Shown here in pieces: positions 47,836-58,600 of a stretch of DNA of 64,000 nt (position 1 is the first letter of the stretch; each line of letters begins with the position of its first letter). The notes beneath the pieces were generated by a model. It saw only the letters and a program-made list of their open reading frames with translations, did no database searches and was not told where the DNA came from. Position numbers and translations under genes: made by a program. Origin of the DNA: Anaerolineales bacterium (lineage in GTDB: Bacteria; Chloroflexota; Anaerolineae; Anaerolineales; UBA6663); contig DAOUAB010000229.1 in the NCBI GenBank assembly GCA_034434015.1, positions 1-64,000 on the forward strand. The letters are read 5' to 3'.

Positions 47836-48164
47836 AAGGCGGCGATGCCCAACCGCTAACTATGTCTACAGTTATTACTCGAAGTGGAAATAAGTCAGAA
47901 GGTACGACATTAAGCCAGAATACTCGGTGGCGGCTACCGGGGATCGAGCAATTCCAGGCCGTGCAGACCAAGCCGACGAACCTGCGTGTGTGCCTGCGTT
48001 TCGCGCACGGCTCTGACCCGGGCCGCGTCTGGAAGGCAGTGCATACCGAACTCACGCGCCTGCTCGCCAGGTACAAGCTCGACCACGTCACGGTCGAGTA
48101 CGCTGAGGAATTACCGGAGCAGTCCCTTGGCGGCAAGTACCGCGAGATCATCCCGATGGAATAA
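47832..48164 (+). CDS. Hypothetical protein; weak resemblance to the cation-efflux (CDF) C-terminal cytoplasmic domain
   Basis: TTG start; ...RVCLRFAHGSDPGRVWKAVHTELTRLL...DHVTVE; low confidence, possible gene remnant. Confidence 0.25.
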   Translation: MKGGDAQPLTMSTVITRSGNKSEGTTLSQNTRWRLPGIEQFQAVQTKPTNLRVCLRFAHGSDPGRVWKAVHTELTRLLARYKLDHVTVEYAEELPEQSLGGKYREIIPME

Positions 48165-48169
48165 GAAAG

Positions 48170-50296
48170 ATGAACACCAAACAACTCGAACTTCGTGTTG
48201 CCAACCTCGATTGCGAACATGATGCAGCCAACATTGAGCGTGGCCTGCAAAGCTTCGCGGGGCTGACTGGGCTAAAGGTCTATCCGAAATCCGCCAAAGT
48301 CACATTGACCTACGATCCGGCGCTGACCCGGCCCGAAGCCTTGAAAGAAAAGCTGGAAGCGCTCGGCTTTCCACCGCAAAAGGGCATGGAGATGGCCGAG
48401 CAGCCTAAACCCTGGCGCAACCCCAAGGTGCTCACGTCGGCTGCGTCGGGTGTGCTGTTGCTCGCCGGCTGGCTCATCGGGCTGGCTGGCGCACCAGAGA
48501 TTGTCTCAACCGTCATTTATGTTGCCGCCATCCTCATCGGCGGATATTTCTTTGGCCGGGAAGCCATCGAAGAGTTGATCTTCGAGCGCGAGATCGGCAT
48601 TGAGCTGCTTATGAGCGTGGCTGCTGTCGTGGCGATGATCATGGGCCAGGCCGCCGAAGGCGCCATGCTGGTCTTCCTGTATTCCATCAGCGAAGCGGCT
48701 GAAGGTTACACGGAAGAGAAAACCCGTGCGGCGATCAAGGCGCTGATGAACCTGGCGCCGAAGGTCGCGCTGGTCCGGCGCGATGGGGTCGAGCGTGAGA
48801 TCCCGGTCGAAGAACTGGAAGTGGGCGACGTGTTCATCGTCAAGCCGGGACAGTCCGTCGCCACGGACGGCGTGGTGCTCGTCGGCGCTTCCAGCATGAA
48901 CCAGGCCCCGGTCACGGGCGAGAGCGTGCCGGTGGAGAAGCAGCCCGGCGACACAGTGTTCGCGGGCAGCATCAACGGCGAGGGTGCGCTGGAAGTCCGG
49001 GCGACCAAGACCTTCGCCGAGAACACCATCGCGCGCATCATCCACATGGTCGAAGAGGCCCAGGAGAAGAAAGGCAGGAGCCAGCGCTTCATCGAACGCT
49101 TCGGCGCGCGCTACAGCCCGGCGGTGCTGCTTATCGGAATTCTCATCGCCGCGATTCCGCCGCTGTTCTTCAGCGCCGATTGGACGACCTGGATCACCCG
49201 CGCCACGGTCTTCATCGTGGCCGCCGCCCCGTGTGCCCTGGTCATCTCGATCCCCATCACCCTGGTGGCTTCACTCGGCACGGGCGCGCGCCAGGGCGTG
49301 CTCATCAAGGGCGGCGTCTACGTCGAAGAACTGGCGAAAGTAAAGGTGGTGGCGCTGGATAAGACCGGCACGCTGACGAGAGGCGAACCGGAAGTAACCG
49401 ATGTGGTGCTCTGCCGCACCGACCCGGATCAACCTACGACTTCTGCCCAAGAAGTGCTGGCGGTAGCGGCTGGCATCGAGCGGCGCAGCGGTCATCCCCT
49501 GGCGCGGGCTATCGTCCGCCATGCTGAGCAGCAGACAGTTGCTCCAGCGGAACTGGACAGCTTCCGGTCGCTGACCGGGGCGGGGGCGTCGGCGCGCCTG
49601 GACGGGCATACCGTATACGTCGGCAGCCCGGACCTGTTTCACGCCCGCCTGGGCGTCTCTTTGCATGGCGCGTGGGACGACATTCAACAGCTTCAGGGCG
49701 AAGGCAAGACCGTGGTGGTCGTCGGCGACGAGCAGGCGCCGTGGGGCCTGATCGCCATCCGCGACAACATCCGCCCGAATGCGCGCAAAGCGATTGACGC
49801 GCTGCACGCGGCGGGCGTTCAGAAGGTTGTGATGCTCACCGGCGACAACGAACGCACCGCACAGGCCATCGCCCGAGAGTTGGGCATTGACGAGGTATAT
49901 GCCGACTTGAAGCCGGAAGACAAACTGGTGAAAGTGCGCGAGCTGTCTCAGCGACATGGCCACGTCGCGATGGTGGGCGACGGGGTGAACGATGCTCCGG
50001 CGCTGGCCGAAGCGACCGTGGGCGTGGCGATGGGCGCGGCGGGCACGGACGTGGCGCTGGAAACCGCCGACGTGGCCCTGATGGCAGACGATCTGGAGAA
50101 GCTGGCTTACGCGCTCCGGTTGGCGAAGCGCAACCAGTCGGTCGTGAACCAGAACCTGGGGCTGTCGGCCCTGGTGATCGGCGCGTTAGTCGTTGGCGCG
50201 GTCGCCGGCGTCTTCTCCCTGCCTATCGCCGTACTGGGCCACGAGATCAGCGAGTTCGTCGTCATCGGTAGTGGCTTGCGGATGCTGCGGGCCTGA
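48170..50296 (+). CDS. Heavy-metal P1B-type ATPase (degenerate HMA N-domain; TM6 motif APC)
   Basis: [28 protein letters not shown]. Confidence 0.9.
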   Translation: MNTKQLELRVANLDCEHDAANIERGLQSFAGLTGLKVYPKSAKVTLTYDPALTRPEALKEKLEALGFPPQKGMEMAEQPKPWRNPKVLTSAASGVLLLAGWLIGLAGAPEIVSTVIYVAAILIGGYFFGREAIEELIFEREIGIELLMSVAAVVAMIMGQAAEGAMLVFLYSISEAAEGYTEEKTRAAIKALMNLAPKVALVRRDGVEREIPVEELEVGDVFIVKPGQSVATDGVVLVGASSMNQAPVTGESVPVEKQPGDTVFAGSINGEGALEVRATKTFAENTIARIIHMVEEAQEKKGRSQRFIERFGARYSPAVLLIGILIAAIPPLFFSADWTTWITRATVFIVAAAPCALVISIPITLVASLGTGARQGVLIKGGVYVEELAKVKVVALDKTGTLTRGEPEVTDVVLCRTDPDQPTTSAQEVLAVAAGIERRSGHPLARAIVRHAEQQTVAPAELDSFRSLTGAGASARLDGHTVYVGSPDLFHARLGVSLHGAWDDIQQLQGEGKTVVVVGDEQAPWGLIAIRDNIRPNARKAIDALHAAGVQKVVMLTGDNERTAQAIARELGIDEVYADLKPEDKLVKVRELSQRHGHVAMVGDGVNDAPALAEATVGVAMGAAGTDVALETADVALMADDLEKLAYALRLAKRNQSVVNQNLGLSALVIGALVVGAVAGVFSLPIAVLGHEISEFVVIGSGLRMLRA

Positions 50297-50330
50297 GGAG
50301 GAAGAGTATATCAACGGGATTGAGGAGCGT

Positions 50331-50684
50331 ATGCGACTTATCGCCAGCAGAGAAGTCATAGACCTGCGCACCAAACTGTTACGGGGCTTCGCCGACCCGC
50401 CCCGGCTCTTAATCCTGGAGCCCCTCCGAGCCGGACCATTGACGGTGAGCGAAATCGCAGAGGCAACCGGCCTTGCACAATCGGATGTCTCTGCTCATAT
50501 CGCCTGTTTGCGCGACTGCGGCCTCGTGATCGAGATACCGCAGGGACGCTCCGGTTACTATGAGTTGAGTGACAGGCGCATCGGGCAATTCCTGCGTCTC
50601 ATCGATGAATTATTGGTAGACGTGGCAAAGGGCGTGTCCGAATGCGCGCGCTACAATTCCCCACAGGAGCCCACGCATGGATAA
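50331..50684 (+). CDS. ArsR/SmtB-family CmtR-like metal sensor (paralog of 44350-44772)
   Basis: RBS gaggag; [12 protein letters not shown]; C-terminal SECARYN; overlaps the downstream ATPase start. Confidence 0.85.
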   Translation: MRLIASREVIDLRTKLLRGFADPPRLLILEPLRAGPLTVSEIAEATGLAQSDVSAHIACLRDCGLVIEIPQGRSGYYELSDRRIGQFLRLIDELLVDVAKGVSECARYNSPQEPTHG

Positions 50685-52791
50685 ACTTCAAACCCTCACG
50701 ATTCCAATCGCTGGTATGGACTGCGCCGAATGCACTCAGCATGTCCAGCACGCTATTGCCGCTGTGCCGGGCGTTGAGTCCGTCAACGTCTTTTTGTCTT
50801 CCGAGAAAGCCGTTATTCGGCTCGACCCGGCGCGGGTGAGTTTGCCCGCCCTCCGCAAGGCCGTCGCCAGCGCCGGAAACTATTCGGTGCCGGAGTCAGT
50901 CGCAACGCCGGCTGCCCCGCCTGGGTTGAACGATTTCACTCGCCGGGTGGTCACACTCTTAGCCGTCGTGTTCGGTGCAGTGTTGTTCGTCATCGTCGTC
51001 GGCGAGTGGCTGGGCCTGTTCGAGCGCATCACCGAACTGGTGCCTTTCCCCATCGGGGTGCTGTTGGTCATCCTCGGCGGATGGCCCATCTTCCGCAACG
51101 TCCTGCGCGCCGCCCTCAAGCGGCAGGTCACCTCACACACGCTGATGACACTCGGCGTGCTGGCCGCGCTGGCCATCGGGCAGTGGGCGACGGCCGCTGT
51201 TGTCGTCTTCTTTATGCGCGTCGGCGATTACGCCGAAAGCTTCACCACCGAACGCGCCCGCCGCGCGGTGAAAGACCTGACGGCGATGGCCCCGCAAACG
51301 GCCCGCGTCGAGCGGGATGGTGTAGAAATCGAAGTTCCGATTACCGAAGTGAGCGTCGGCGATACCGTCATCGTCCGGCCTGGTGAGAAAATCCCGGTGG
51401 ATGGCGAAGTCACGTCGGGACAGGCCACCGTGGATCAGGCAACCATCACGGGCGAGTCCATGCCAGTCGAGGCCGGCCCCGGTGCGAGAGTGTTTGCCGC
51501 GACCATTGCCAGGCTGGGCAGTTTGCGAGTCCGGGCCACCCATGTTGGGGCCGATACCACTTTTGGTCGCGTTATCAAGATGGTAGAAGAGGCCGAAGCG
51601 CACCGGGCCGATGTGCAGCGCTTCGCCGACAAGTTCACGGCCTATTATCTGCCGATGGTCGCGGGCCTGGCCGCAATCACTTTCCTCATCAGCCGCAACC
51701 CGTTGTCCACCGCCGCCGTGCTGGTCGTGGCGTGTTCCTGCTCCATCGCACTGGCCACGCCGATTGCGATGCTGGCCTCGATCGGGGCCGGCGCGAAGCG
51801 CGGCCTGCTCATCAAGGGCGGCAAATACATCGAGACGTTGGCGCACGCCGACGTACTCCTGATTGACAAGACCGGCACGCTCACCCTCGGCCAGCCGCAA
51901 ATCACCGACGTGATTCCATTGAACGGACTATCCACCTCGGAGGTGCTCGCGCTGGCCGGGTCTGCCGAACGCTACTCGGAGCATCCGCTGGCCGAAGCGG
52001 TGCGCGTGGCGGCTCGTGCCCGGAATCTACCGTTGGCCGAACCCCAAGATTTTGAAGCCATCCCCGGCATGGGTCTGCGCGCGAAGGTGGATGGAAGCAT
52101 CGTGACGGTGGGCAACCGCCGTCTCATCCCCATGGCTGAGTCGCTATCTATAGCCCACGCTTTCGAAGCGCAGGGCAAGACACTCTTGTTTGTGGCGCGC
52201 AATGATGAACTCGCGGGGGTGTTAGCTGCCGCCGATACTCTGCGCCCCGAGGTGCCTGCGGCACTGAACGCTGTGCGCGCTTTAGGTGTGCCGCAAGTTG
52301 AGCTGCTCACCGGTGACAACGAGCGCACAGCTGCCGCGCTCGCTGACAAGCTCAGCGTAAGGTATCGCGCCAATCTTCTCCCCGAAGACAAGATTGCGGT
52401 GGTGAAAGCGTATCAGGCGCAAGGCCGCACTGTGGTGATGGTGGGCGACGGAGTGAACGATGCACCGGCATTGGCGCAGGCAGATGTGGGCATCGCAATG
52501 GGCGCGGCGGGAACCGACATCGCCATCGAGGCCGCCCACATCGCGCTGATGCGCGACGACTGGGCGCTTGTTCCAGAGGTCTTTCGCATCGCGCGGCGGA
52601 CGATGCAGGTGGTCAAAATGAACCTGGTCTTCACCGCCATTTACAATGTGGCGGGGCTGACGCTGGCCGCCTTTGGCTTCCTGCCGCCCATCTTTGCCGC
52701 CGCCGCGCAATCTCTGCCGGATTTGGGCATCCTGGCGAATTCGTCGCGGCTGCTGCGGGTGCATTCGCAGATTTTGGCCGGTCGGGAGTAG
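50677..52791 (+). CDS. Heavy-metal P1B-type ATPase with HMA domain (GMDCAEC) and atypical TM6 motif CSC
   Basis: [13 protein letters not shown] in place of CPC; DKTGTLT; GDGVNDAP. Confidence 0.9.
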   Translation: MDKLQTLTIPIAGMDCAECTQHVQHAIAAVPGVESVNVFLSSEKAVIRLDPARVSLPALRKAVASAGNYSVPESVATPAAPPGLNDFTRRVVTLLAVVFGAVLFVIVVGEWLGLFERITELVPFPIGVLLVILGGWPIFRNVLRAALKRQVTSHTLMTLGVLAALAIGQWATAAVVVFFMRVGDYAESFTTERARRAVKDLTAMAPQTARVERDGVEIEVPITEVSVGDTVIVRPGEKIPVDGEVTSGQATVDQATITGESMPVEAGPGARVFAATIARLGSLRVRATHVGADTTFGRVIKMVEEAEAHRADVQRFADKFTAYYLPMVAGLAAITFLISRNPLSTAAVLVVACSCSIALATPIAMLASIGAGAKRGLLIKGGKYIETLAHADVLLIDKTGTLTLGQPQITDVIPLNGLSTSEVLALAGSAERYSEHPLAEAVRVAARARNLPLAEPQDFEAIPGMGLRAKVDGSIVTVGNRRLIPMAESLSIAHAFEAQGKTLLFVARNDELAGVLAAADTLRPEVPAALNAVRALGVPQVELLTGDNERTAAALADKLSVRYRANLLPEDKIAVVKAYQAQGRTVVMVGDGVNDAPALAQADVGIAMGAAGTDIAIEAAHIALMRDDWALVPEVFRIARRTMQVVKMNLVFTAIYNVAGLTLAAFGFLPPIFAAAAQSLPDLGILANSSRLLRVHSQILAGRE

Positions 52792-52822
52792 ACTGCGGCC
52801 TTCACGCCGAAGGAGGCCGCCG

Positions 52823-53170
52823 ATGGGAGAGGGCAAAGCCGAATTGGAAGCCCGGTTGCGGGCGGCGGTAGAAGCCGCCCTGGCCCAGGCGCTGGCCGAG
52901 CGAAAGGCCCCCGGGGAAGCCAGCCTGGCTGATATTGAACGGGTGGCCCGGGGCGCGGGGCAGGCGATTGAGCAGGCGATTGCCAGCGCGTTGGCCCAAG
53001 AGAGCGCCGCCGAGTTGCCGGTCTGGCCGAGTTGCCCGGCGTGTGGCCGGAAGATGAAGTCCAAGGGCAAACGCCGGCGGCGGATCGTGACCGAGGCGGG
53101 TGAGATCGAAGTCGAACGGGCGTATTACCACTGTGCGGCATGCGGGCGGGGGCTTTTTCCCCCTGGATGA
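52823..53170 (+). pseudogene. IS transposase N-terminal fragment (coiled-coil plus zinc ribbon CPACG...YYHCAACG; family uncertain, ISKra4-like), frameshifted into the downstream ORF
   Basis: Strong RBS aggagg; motif continues in the +1 frame (FPLDERWELTTSVYSPERAKQMVWL) across a G5-T5-C5 homopolymer tract at 53148-53163; no DDE domain follows. Confidence 0.45.
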
Positions 53171-54365
53171 GCGCTGGGAGTTGACCACGAGCGTCTATAG
53201 CCCCGAGCGGGCCAAGCAGATGGTCTGGCTGGCGGCCGCCCGCCGTTCGCCGAAGTCCGAAGGCGAGGCACCGCCGCTCCTGACCCTGGATGACCTCGCC
53301 TGGATCGAGCCGGAGGAAGCGACCGAGGACCGGCCGCCGACGCCTAAACCTGAGGTCTGCCTGACAGTGCTGGGCGGCCGCACGCCGCAGGCGGCCGTGG
53401 AGGCGCTGGGCGAAAACCGCTGGCAGGTCTGCCTTCGCCCGGGCACCGACTCTTTCTTCTTGGGCCAGCCTGTGACCTCGGCCGACCGGCTCGAGCCGGG
53501 AGACCTGATCCGGAAGGCCCGCCGCCTCCCCCTGCCGGAGAGTTACCGGCCTGGCTCGCTCGGCGTGCGCTATCTCCCCCGGATCATCCCGCGCCCGCAG
53601 CGCGTGCTAATGGTCCCGGTGGTAGTGGGCGGTATTCAGGCCGGGCCTCACGAGCGGGAGCTGATCAACGGCGGGCTGGTGGCGGCAGAACTGGCGGAGC
53701 GCAACTGGCCGTGGTGCACGGTCGGGCGCGTCATCGCGCGGGTCCCAGGCCAGCTGGACCAGATTGGGAGCGCGGTTTTGGTCGGGCCCAACCTGATCCT
53801 GACCGCCAGCCACGCCGTGCCCTGGGGGGCCACACAGTGGTCGATGGAATTCATCCCCGGCTTCCGGAACGGCGATCCTAACCCCCGGCCCTTTGGCAGC
53901 GCATTTGTACAGCACGCGCGCGGCATCCGGACCGAAAAGGACGACGTGCACGGCCGCGACTATGTGATTGCCAGCCTGTACCAGCCGATCGGGCGCCAGG
54001 CGGGCTGGATGGGCACTTGGTATTACTTTGATGACGACAGCTACCGGCGCTCGGGCTGGCAGTCGATCGGTTACCCGGGCAGCAATAATAACCGGCCGAT
54101 GCTTGCGCCCGACCTGCGGATCGAGGACGTCGACTCAGATGGGGATGGGCGGGAACTCGAGACGGCCGAGTTCCTGCCGGGCGGCTGGTCCGGCGGGCCG
54201 CTCTTCGGCTGGTTTGGACGGGACCCGCGCGTCGTTGGCATCGCCAGTGGGAACGAGGAAGAGTTCTCACTGGGGTGGTTCCATGTGACCGAAGACCACT
54301 CGGTTTTTGCCGGCGGCCAGCATATGGTGGACCTAGTGAAGTACGGCTACGCCAACTGGGCCTGA
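53100..54365 (+). CDS. Trypsin-like serine protease (S1 family), N-terminal region fused to or disrupted by an IS fragment
   Basis: Catalytic triad context LILTASHAV (His), DYVIASL (Asp), GWSGGPLFGW (Ser); PWCTVG motif shared with the paralog on the opposite strand. Confidence 0.6.
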   Translation: MRSKSNGRITTVRHAGGGFFPLDERWELTTSVYSPERAKQMVWLAAARRSPKSEGEAPPLLTLDDLAWIEPEEATEDRPPTPKPEVCLTVLGGRTPQAAVEALGENRWQVCLRPGTDSFFLGQPVTSADRLEPGDLIRKARRLPLPESYRPGSLGVRYLPRIIPRPQRVLMVPVVVGGIQAGPHERELINGGLVAAELAERNWPWCTVGRVIARVPGQLDQIGSAVLVGPNLILTASHAVPWGATQWSMEFIPGFRNGDPNPRPFGSAFVQHARGIRTEKDDVHGRDYVIASLYQPIGRQAGWMGTWYYFDDDSYRRSGWQSIGYPGSNNNRPMLAPDLRIEDVDSDGDGRELETAEFLPGGWSGGPLFGWFGRDPRVVGIASGNEEEFSLGWFHVTEDHSVFAGGQHMVDLVKYGYANWA

Positions 54366-54574
54366 GCTCCAGGCGCCGGATGACTTTAACGAGTCAGGCG
54401 GCGGATATAGCTGGCGACCAGCGGCCAGGGGATCGCCAGGATCCGGTCCCTGAGGCGGCGGAGGGCCTGGCGTGCCGAATGGCAGCACAAGCTGCTGTGG
54501 GTACGACAGGATGGACCCCAAAAGCTTACCGAACCCTTACGTACGGGAGTTCAAGACTATCGCGATTAGTTTGC

Positions 54575-54613
54575 GTCAAGATCAGGCCGCCGTCCGGGCG
54601 GCCTGATCTTGAC
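54575..54613. terminator. Perfect about 17-bp stem hairpin between convergent protease genes (bidirectional terminator candidate)
   Basis: gtcaagatcaggccgcc-gtccg-ggcggcctgatcttgac. Confidence 0.5.
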
Positions 54614-54847
54614 CTTGGAGCAACGGCCAAACCGAAGGCCAGGTCAACAAACTCAAGCTTCTAAAGCGCTAAATGTGCCGCGCGGGCAGGGCCAAGCTGG
54701 ATCTACTCCGCTCGGTTACTGCATGTGGCTCGAACACGAAAATGTGGAAGACCTCTACTCAAGCCCTCAACCTGTCCCATCCCGGCTGACACGAAACAGG
54801 CACCAAAGAAGTTTTGAAATTGCTACACCTCCTAACGAGAGAAGCCT

Positions 54848-55960
54848 TCAAGGATCGTCGCGGCGTGCCTGGCGGATCATGTTCACCATTGGCTCCCCGC
54901 CACCGCACCAGTTACCAACTGGACTGCCCGCGCTGGTGACACCCACGACATACGGTCCATCGGGCCAGAACTCGAAAAATGGGCCACCCGAATCGCCATA
55001 GGTGACATCGCCTGTCCGAGTCCGCATGTCCAAGCCATCGCCGGTCCCCAAGAAGCCCGGACCGTCGGCATCGTCGAAAGTAGCTTGATCCTGATAGGAC
55101 GGTCGCAGCCCGCCATTGCCGATGTCAATCGAGTATCCAATGTGTGACCAATAGGGTTGGTCGTTCCAATCATCGTCGTACACCCGAGAACCCATCCAGC
55201 CCAGCAGATCGCCCATCGGGGTATCCAGCACACACACCACATAATCCTCAGCCACATCGTCGGAGTTCTGCGGGCCGCCGGCGAGCCGGCGATAGTAGTA
55301 GATGGCTGTTGCATACGCAGTGCCAAACCGCGCCTGTGCGTCGAACGAGGCCGGCACGAATCGTACCTGTCCGAAACTGCCATCGGGCTGCCAGTCGATG
55401 GCATGGCTGGCGGTCAGCATATGGCGCGGTCCGACCAAGACGCCACTGGCCAGACTCACTGAGTACACCGCCCCAACGGTACACCAAGGATACGACGTGT
55501 CATCGAACACGTAGCGGCGATCAGGTGGATAGATGATATAGGGTTCCAGTTCCACCCCTTTCCGGGTCCGGACCTGCCGGGGCATGGGAGCGGCCGCGGC
55601 AGCCGGTACGTAACGCAGATCGCGGAAGCGGGGTCGGTAAGGCTCGGACGACCAGCCGGGTACAGAAACTCGGGTCGGGTCGAAGCGACGGCCGGGTATC
55701 TTCAGGGCGCGCGGGTGCGAGTGGAAGTTGCCGCCGGTGAGAACGGTGTCAACCCGGTACACGCCTGTCTCGGAGTGAATCGGCGTGATGCGGTGTGAGA
55801 TGTGTGGCTCACCGTGAGCACCGGAGACCATGACGCTGGCCACTGTAATTTCGGACGTTGCAGGCGGTGGTTCGGTGGCAAGAAGTGGCGGTAGCGACGC
55901 CAACTCTTCCGACCGGTAAGGGGGGTCGAACGCGGGCCTCGGCGCAGGTTCGTGATGCAT
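54848..55960 (-). CDS. Trypsin-like serine protease (S1 family) paralog
   Basis: MLTASHAI (His), DYVVCVL (Asp), GDSGGPFFEF (Ser); PWCTVG. Confidence 0.7.
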   Translation of the reverse strand: MHHEPAPRPAFDPPYRSEELASLPPLLATEPPPATSEITVASVMVSGAHGEPHISHRITPIHSETGVYRVDTVLTGGNFHSHPRALKIPGRRFDPTRVSVPGWSSEPYRPRFRDLRYVPAAAAAPMPRQVRTRKGVELEPYIIYPPDRRYVFDDTSYPWCTVGAVYSVSLASGVLVGPRHMLTASHAIDWQPDGSFGQVRFVPASFDAQARFGTAYATAIYYYRRLAGGPQNSDDVAEDYVVCVLDTPMGDLLGWMGSRVYDDDWNDQPYWSHIGYSIDIGNGGLRPSYQDQATFDDADGPGFLGTGDGLDMRTRTGDVTYGDSGGPFFEFWPDGPYVVGVTSAGSPVGNWCGGGEPMVNMIRQARRDDP

Positions 55961-57561
55961 GGGAACACCTCCAGTGTTCAGGACCGATAGGAGAGATTTG
56001 ATCGGCGGTGCTACTGAATTTCAATCGATGATTTGACACCTGGTATGCGCAAAACGCCCTAGTCTGGGCCTTTTTTTGCGGCCGGGGTGTCAAGTTATTT
56101 TCTCAAAACTCAGTAGCTTGCTTCCCGAGACGACGGTGGCGGGATGTTTAGGCGCGTTCCCGTAGCGGAGAGTGTAGGCTCGCAAAAAGCACCCGTCAAG
56201 TGAAAGTCATGGGCCAACTGGTTAGCTTGTGTTCGCAGGACTCGCCTCGTTCTTATGATAACGCAAGGAAACACAATCTTATTGTGTTTACTGAGGTGGA
56301 GAAAGGGCCGAAGTGACGGTTCTTGTATTGGCCCGACCAATTTGCTAGGCAGAAACATCTTGGGAAGGGTCATCCATAAGCCGCTTGACACCGTCCCATC
56401 TGGATTACATCAGGTAAACGTCGAGTTTATCCTCGCGGTCACGCAAGAAGCCAATGGTCGTCCCATCGGGCGGCCGAGCGGGGCGCCCCAGACGCGACAT
56501 TCGCAACCACTGAGCCGCCGGCGCCCGCCCACGATCCCTAGTCGCACGACGAAGGCGAAAAGAATAGCAAACCACCTTGGATAGTTGGATCGTTAGGGCG
56601 TTGAGCACTAGGAGGTATATCGGCGGATAGAGACGCAGGCCCCAGGGGGTGCCTGATCCCTTAACGGCCGCGGCCCGTGATAAAAATGTCAGCACTGCCA
56701 GAAGCCAGATCACCAAGAATCAATGGCGTAATGTTGAAATGATAGAGGCGGCTGCTCAGGATGGTCATCTGACCGCTCCAACAGATAGCCATTTGGGTAT
56801 TCATCCATTTCATGCTGCCCAAAGAGTTTGACAATCGCTGATGGAGAACATTATGCAGCCAATGTCCCTCGAACAAACCCGCGCTGACTCCACCCTCTGG
56901 CTGCGCTTCCTGTCGCGCCGGTCACTGGAACCGCGCTGACGGCACTTGCGCTCCCAATGGTGATTTTCGGCAGCATCGGCCAGCAGGCATCGGACAATGC
57001 TCTGGGAGCAGACTGTGTAGAACTCTTGCCGGCCGTCCGCAACCCCACTCTGTATCGCGTGGCGATGACCCTCGACGCAGTGGCCTGGCTGATGATAGGC
57101 GGCAGTCTGCTGACACTGGCAGGTGTCCTGCGCCGCCACACGCCGATCCGGGCCATCTTCATGGCTGCCTGTGGGATCGCCCAACTGACGGGTTCGCTGG
57201 GGGGCTTCATGCGCCTTAATGGCGTTGGCGACCTCGCCGCCCTTTATGCCACTACCGCGCCCGGTCAGCAAGCCGTTCTGCTCCAGACCACCAGGACGTG
57301 CTAAGCACACGCTGTCCAAGTTAATCCCAGACGGGTGCTGGATACTGCAGGAGTCTGCTCAAGCAAGCCGGTTGTCAAGCGCTTCTTCCACCCGGCGAGA
57401 GTCACGATCAACTGGCGCGACGCTTTCGAGTTGCCTGGACGGCTTTCGCGGCTTCAGGTAACCGTGTGGCCATCAAGCTCTTGATGATTCGCGAGCTGCG
57501 CCCCGCTCATTCAACCACGAGGCCGCCGGTCTGGACGGCGTGTCGCTCGCGCCGACGCCGC

Positions 57562-58557
57562 TCACGCCGGCGGCCTGGCCGTTGTGCGCGCCCGCTTCCG
57601 CCGCCACAGCCAAACTCCCAGCATCTGTCCGGCGAAGACCGCGCCGGCGAAGAGGCCCAGCAGGATCGTCGTGGGGGTGGTGACCCGCGACAGTGCACCG
57701 TAATAAATCGCATGCAGAATGACGAGCAGGAACAAGGCGTAGTTCAGGCGCTGCAGCCACTTCCACGGTCCCGCTTTGAGCTTCGCGAGGGCGAAGTTGC
57801 TGGAAATCGCGAGCAATCCCACCGCGATCAGGGTGGCGGCCAGCCCGGACCAGTTCCCCAGGCCAAAGCTGTTGGTCAAGAGCCTGCCGTCGGGCGTCGA
57901 GAAATAGAAGCGCACCCGTTCGCCGAAGGGCGCTGCGGGCCCGTGCACAAAGAACCCGGCAATGACGTGGATCAGGCTGACGATGGCCGTCCATGCGCCT
58001 ATGTCGCGACGCAGATAGCTTGAGACAGGGTTCCGCCTGTCCAGCAGGAGGTTGGCCGGTCCGATGAGGAGCGTGAGCGCCAGCCATCCCAGCGCGACGT
58101 AGCCGCTGGCGGTGGTGAACCGCGCGATGAAGACGCGGTCGTCCACAATGGCCGGTTGCGTCGCAGGATGGGTCGTTGCGGGGTTCTCGCCGCCTGCCTG
58201 CCCTGGACCTTGGTGGCCGGCGGTCTGGGAGCCTGTCCGCGGCGATCGGTGATCACCGGCGTGATCCGCTCCCGACGAGGCCGGGTGAGCGCCGGTGTGG
58301 CTGGCTGACTCTGGCGGGGACTGGTGGCCGGCTGCCTGGAAGAGGGGAACACTCAGCCAGAGGAGAATGACCCCGGCACTCGCAAGCGCCAGGGGCAGAT
58401 GGAACCGAAGCAGGCGATAACGCCAGTCACCGCGGGCGCCTCCAAGGGGTGGGAGCGAAGTTCTCGTCTCGGGGTGCATGCCCAATGGTACCCCGAAATC
58501 TCGCTGGGCCAGTCGTTCCAGTTGCGCCTGGCCCACCCGCTGGATGCCCGGGGACAC
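57562..58557 (-). CDS. Ferric-reductase-like transmembrane haem-binding domain protein (MsrQ/YedZ-like); true start probably internal (M27)
   Basis: 6 TM with conserved His pairs in helices (LIHVIAGFFVHG; LHAIYYGAL); His/Gly-rich periplasmic loop. Confidence 0.45.
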   Translation of the reverse strand: MSPGIQRVGQAQLERLAQRDFGVPLGMHPETRTSLPPLGGARGDWRYRLLRFHLPLALASAGVILLWLSVPLFQAAGHQSPPESASHTGAHPASSGADHAGDHRSPRTGSQTAGHQGPGQAGGENPATTHPATQPAIVDDRVFIARFTTASGYVALGWLALTLLIGPANLLLDRRNPVSSYLRRDIGAWTAIVSLIHVIAGFFVHGPAAPFGERVRFYFSTPDGRLLTNSFGLGNWSGLAATLIAVGLLAISSNFALAKLKAGPWKWLQRLNYALFLLVILHAIYYGALSRVTTPTTILLGLFAGAVFAGQMLGVWLWRRKRARTTARPPA

Positions 58558-58600
58558 ACCCTACTCGTCGCAGCGTCGCCGCCTTCGGCAACAGCTCACC

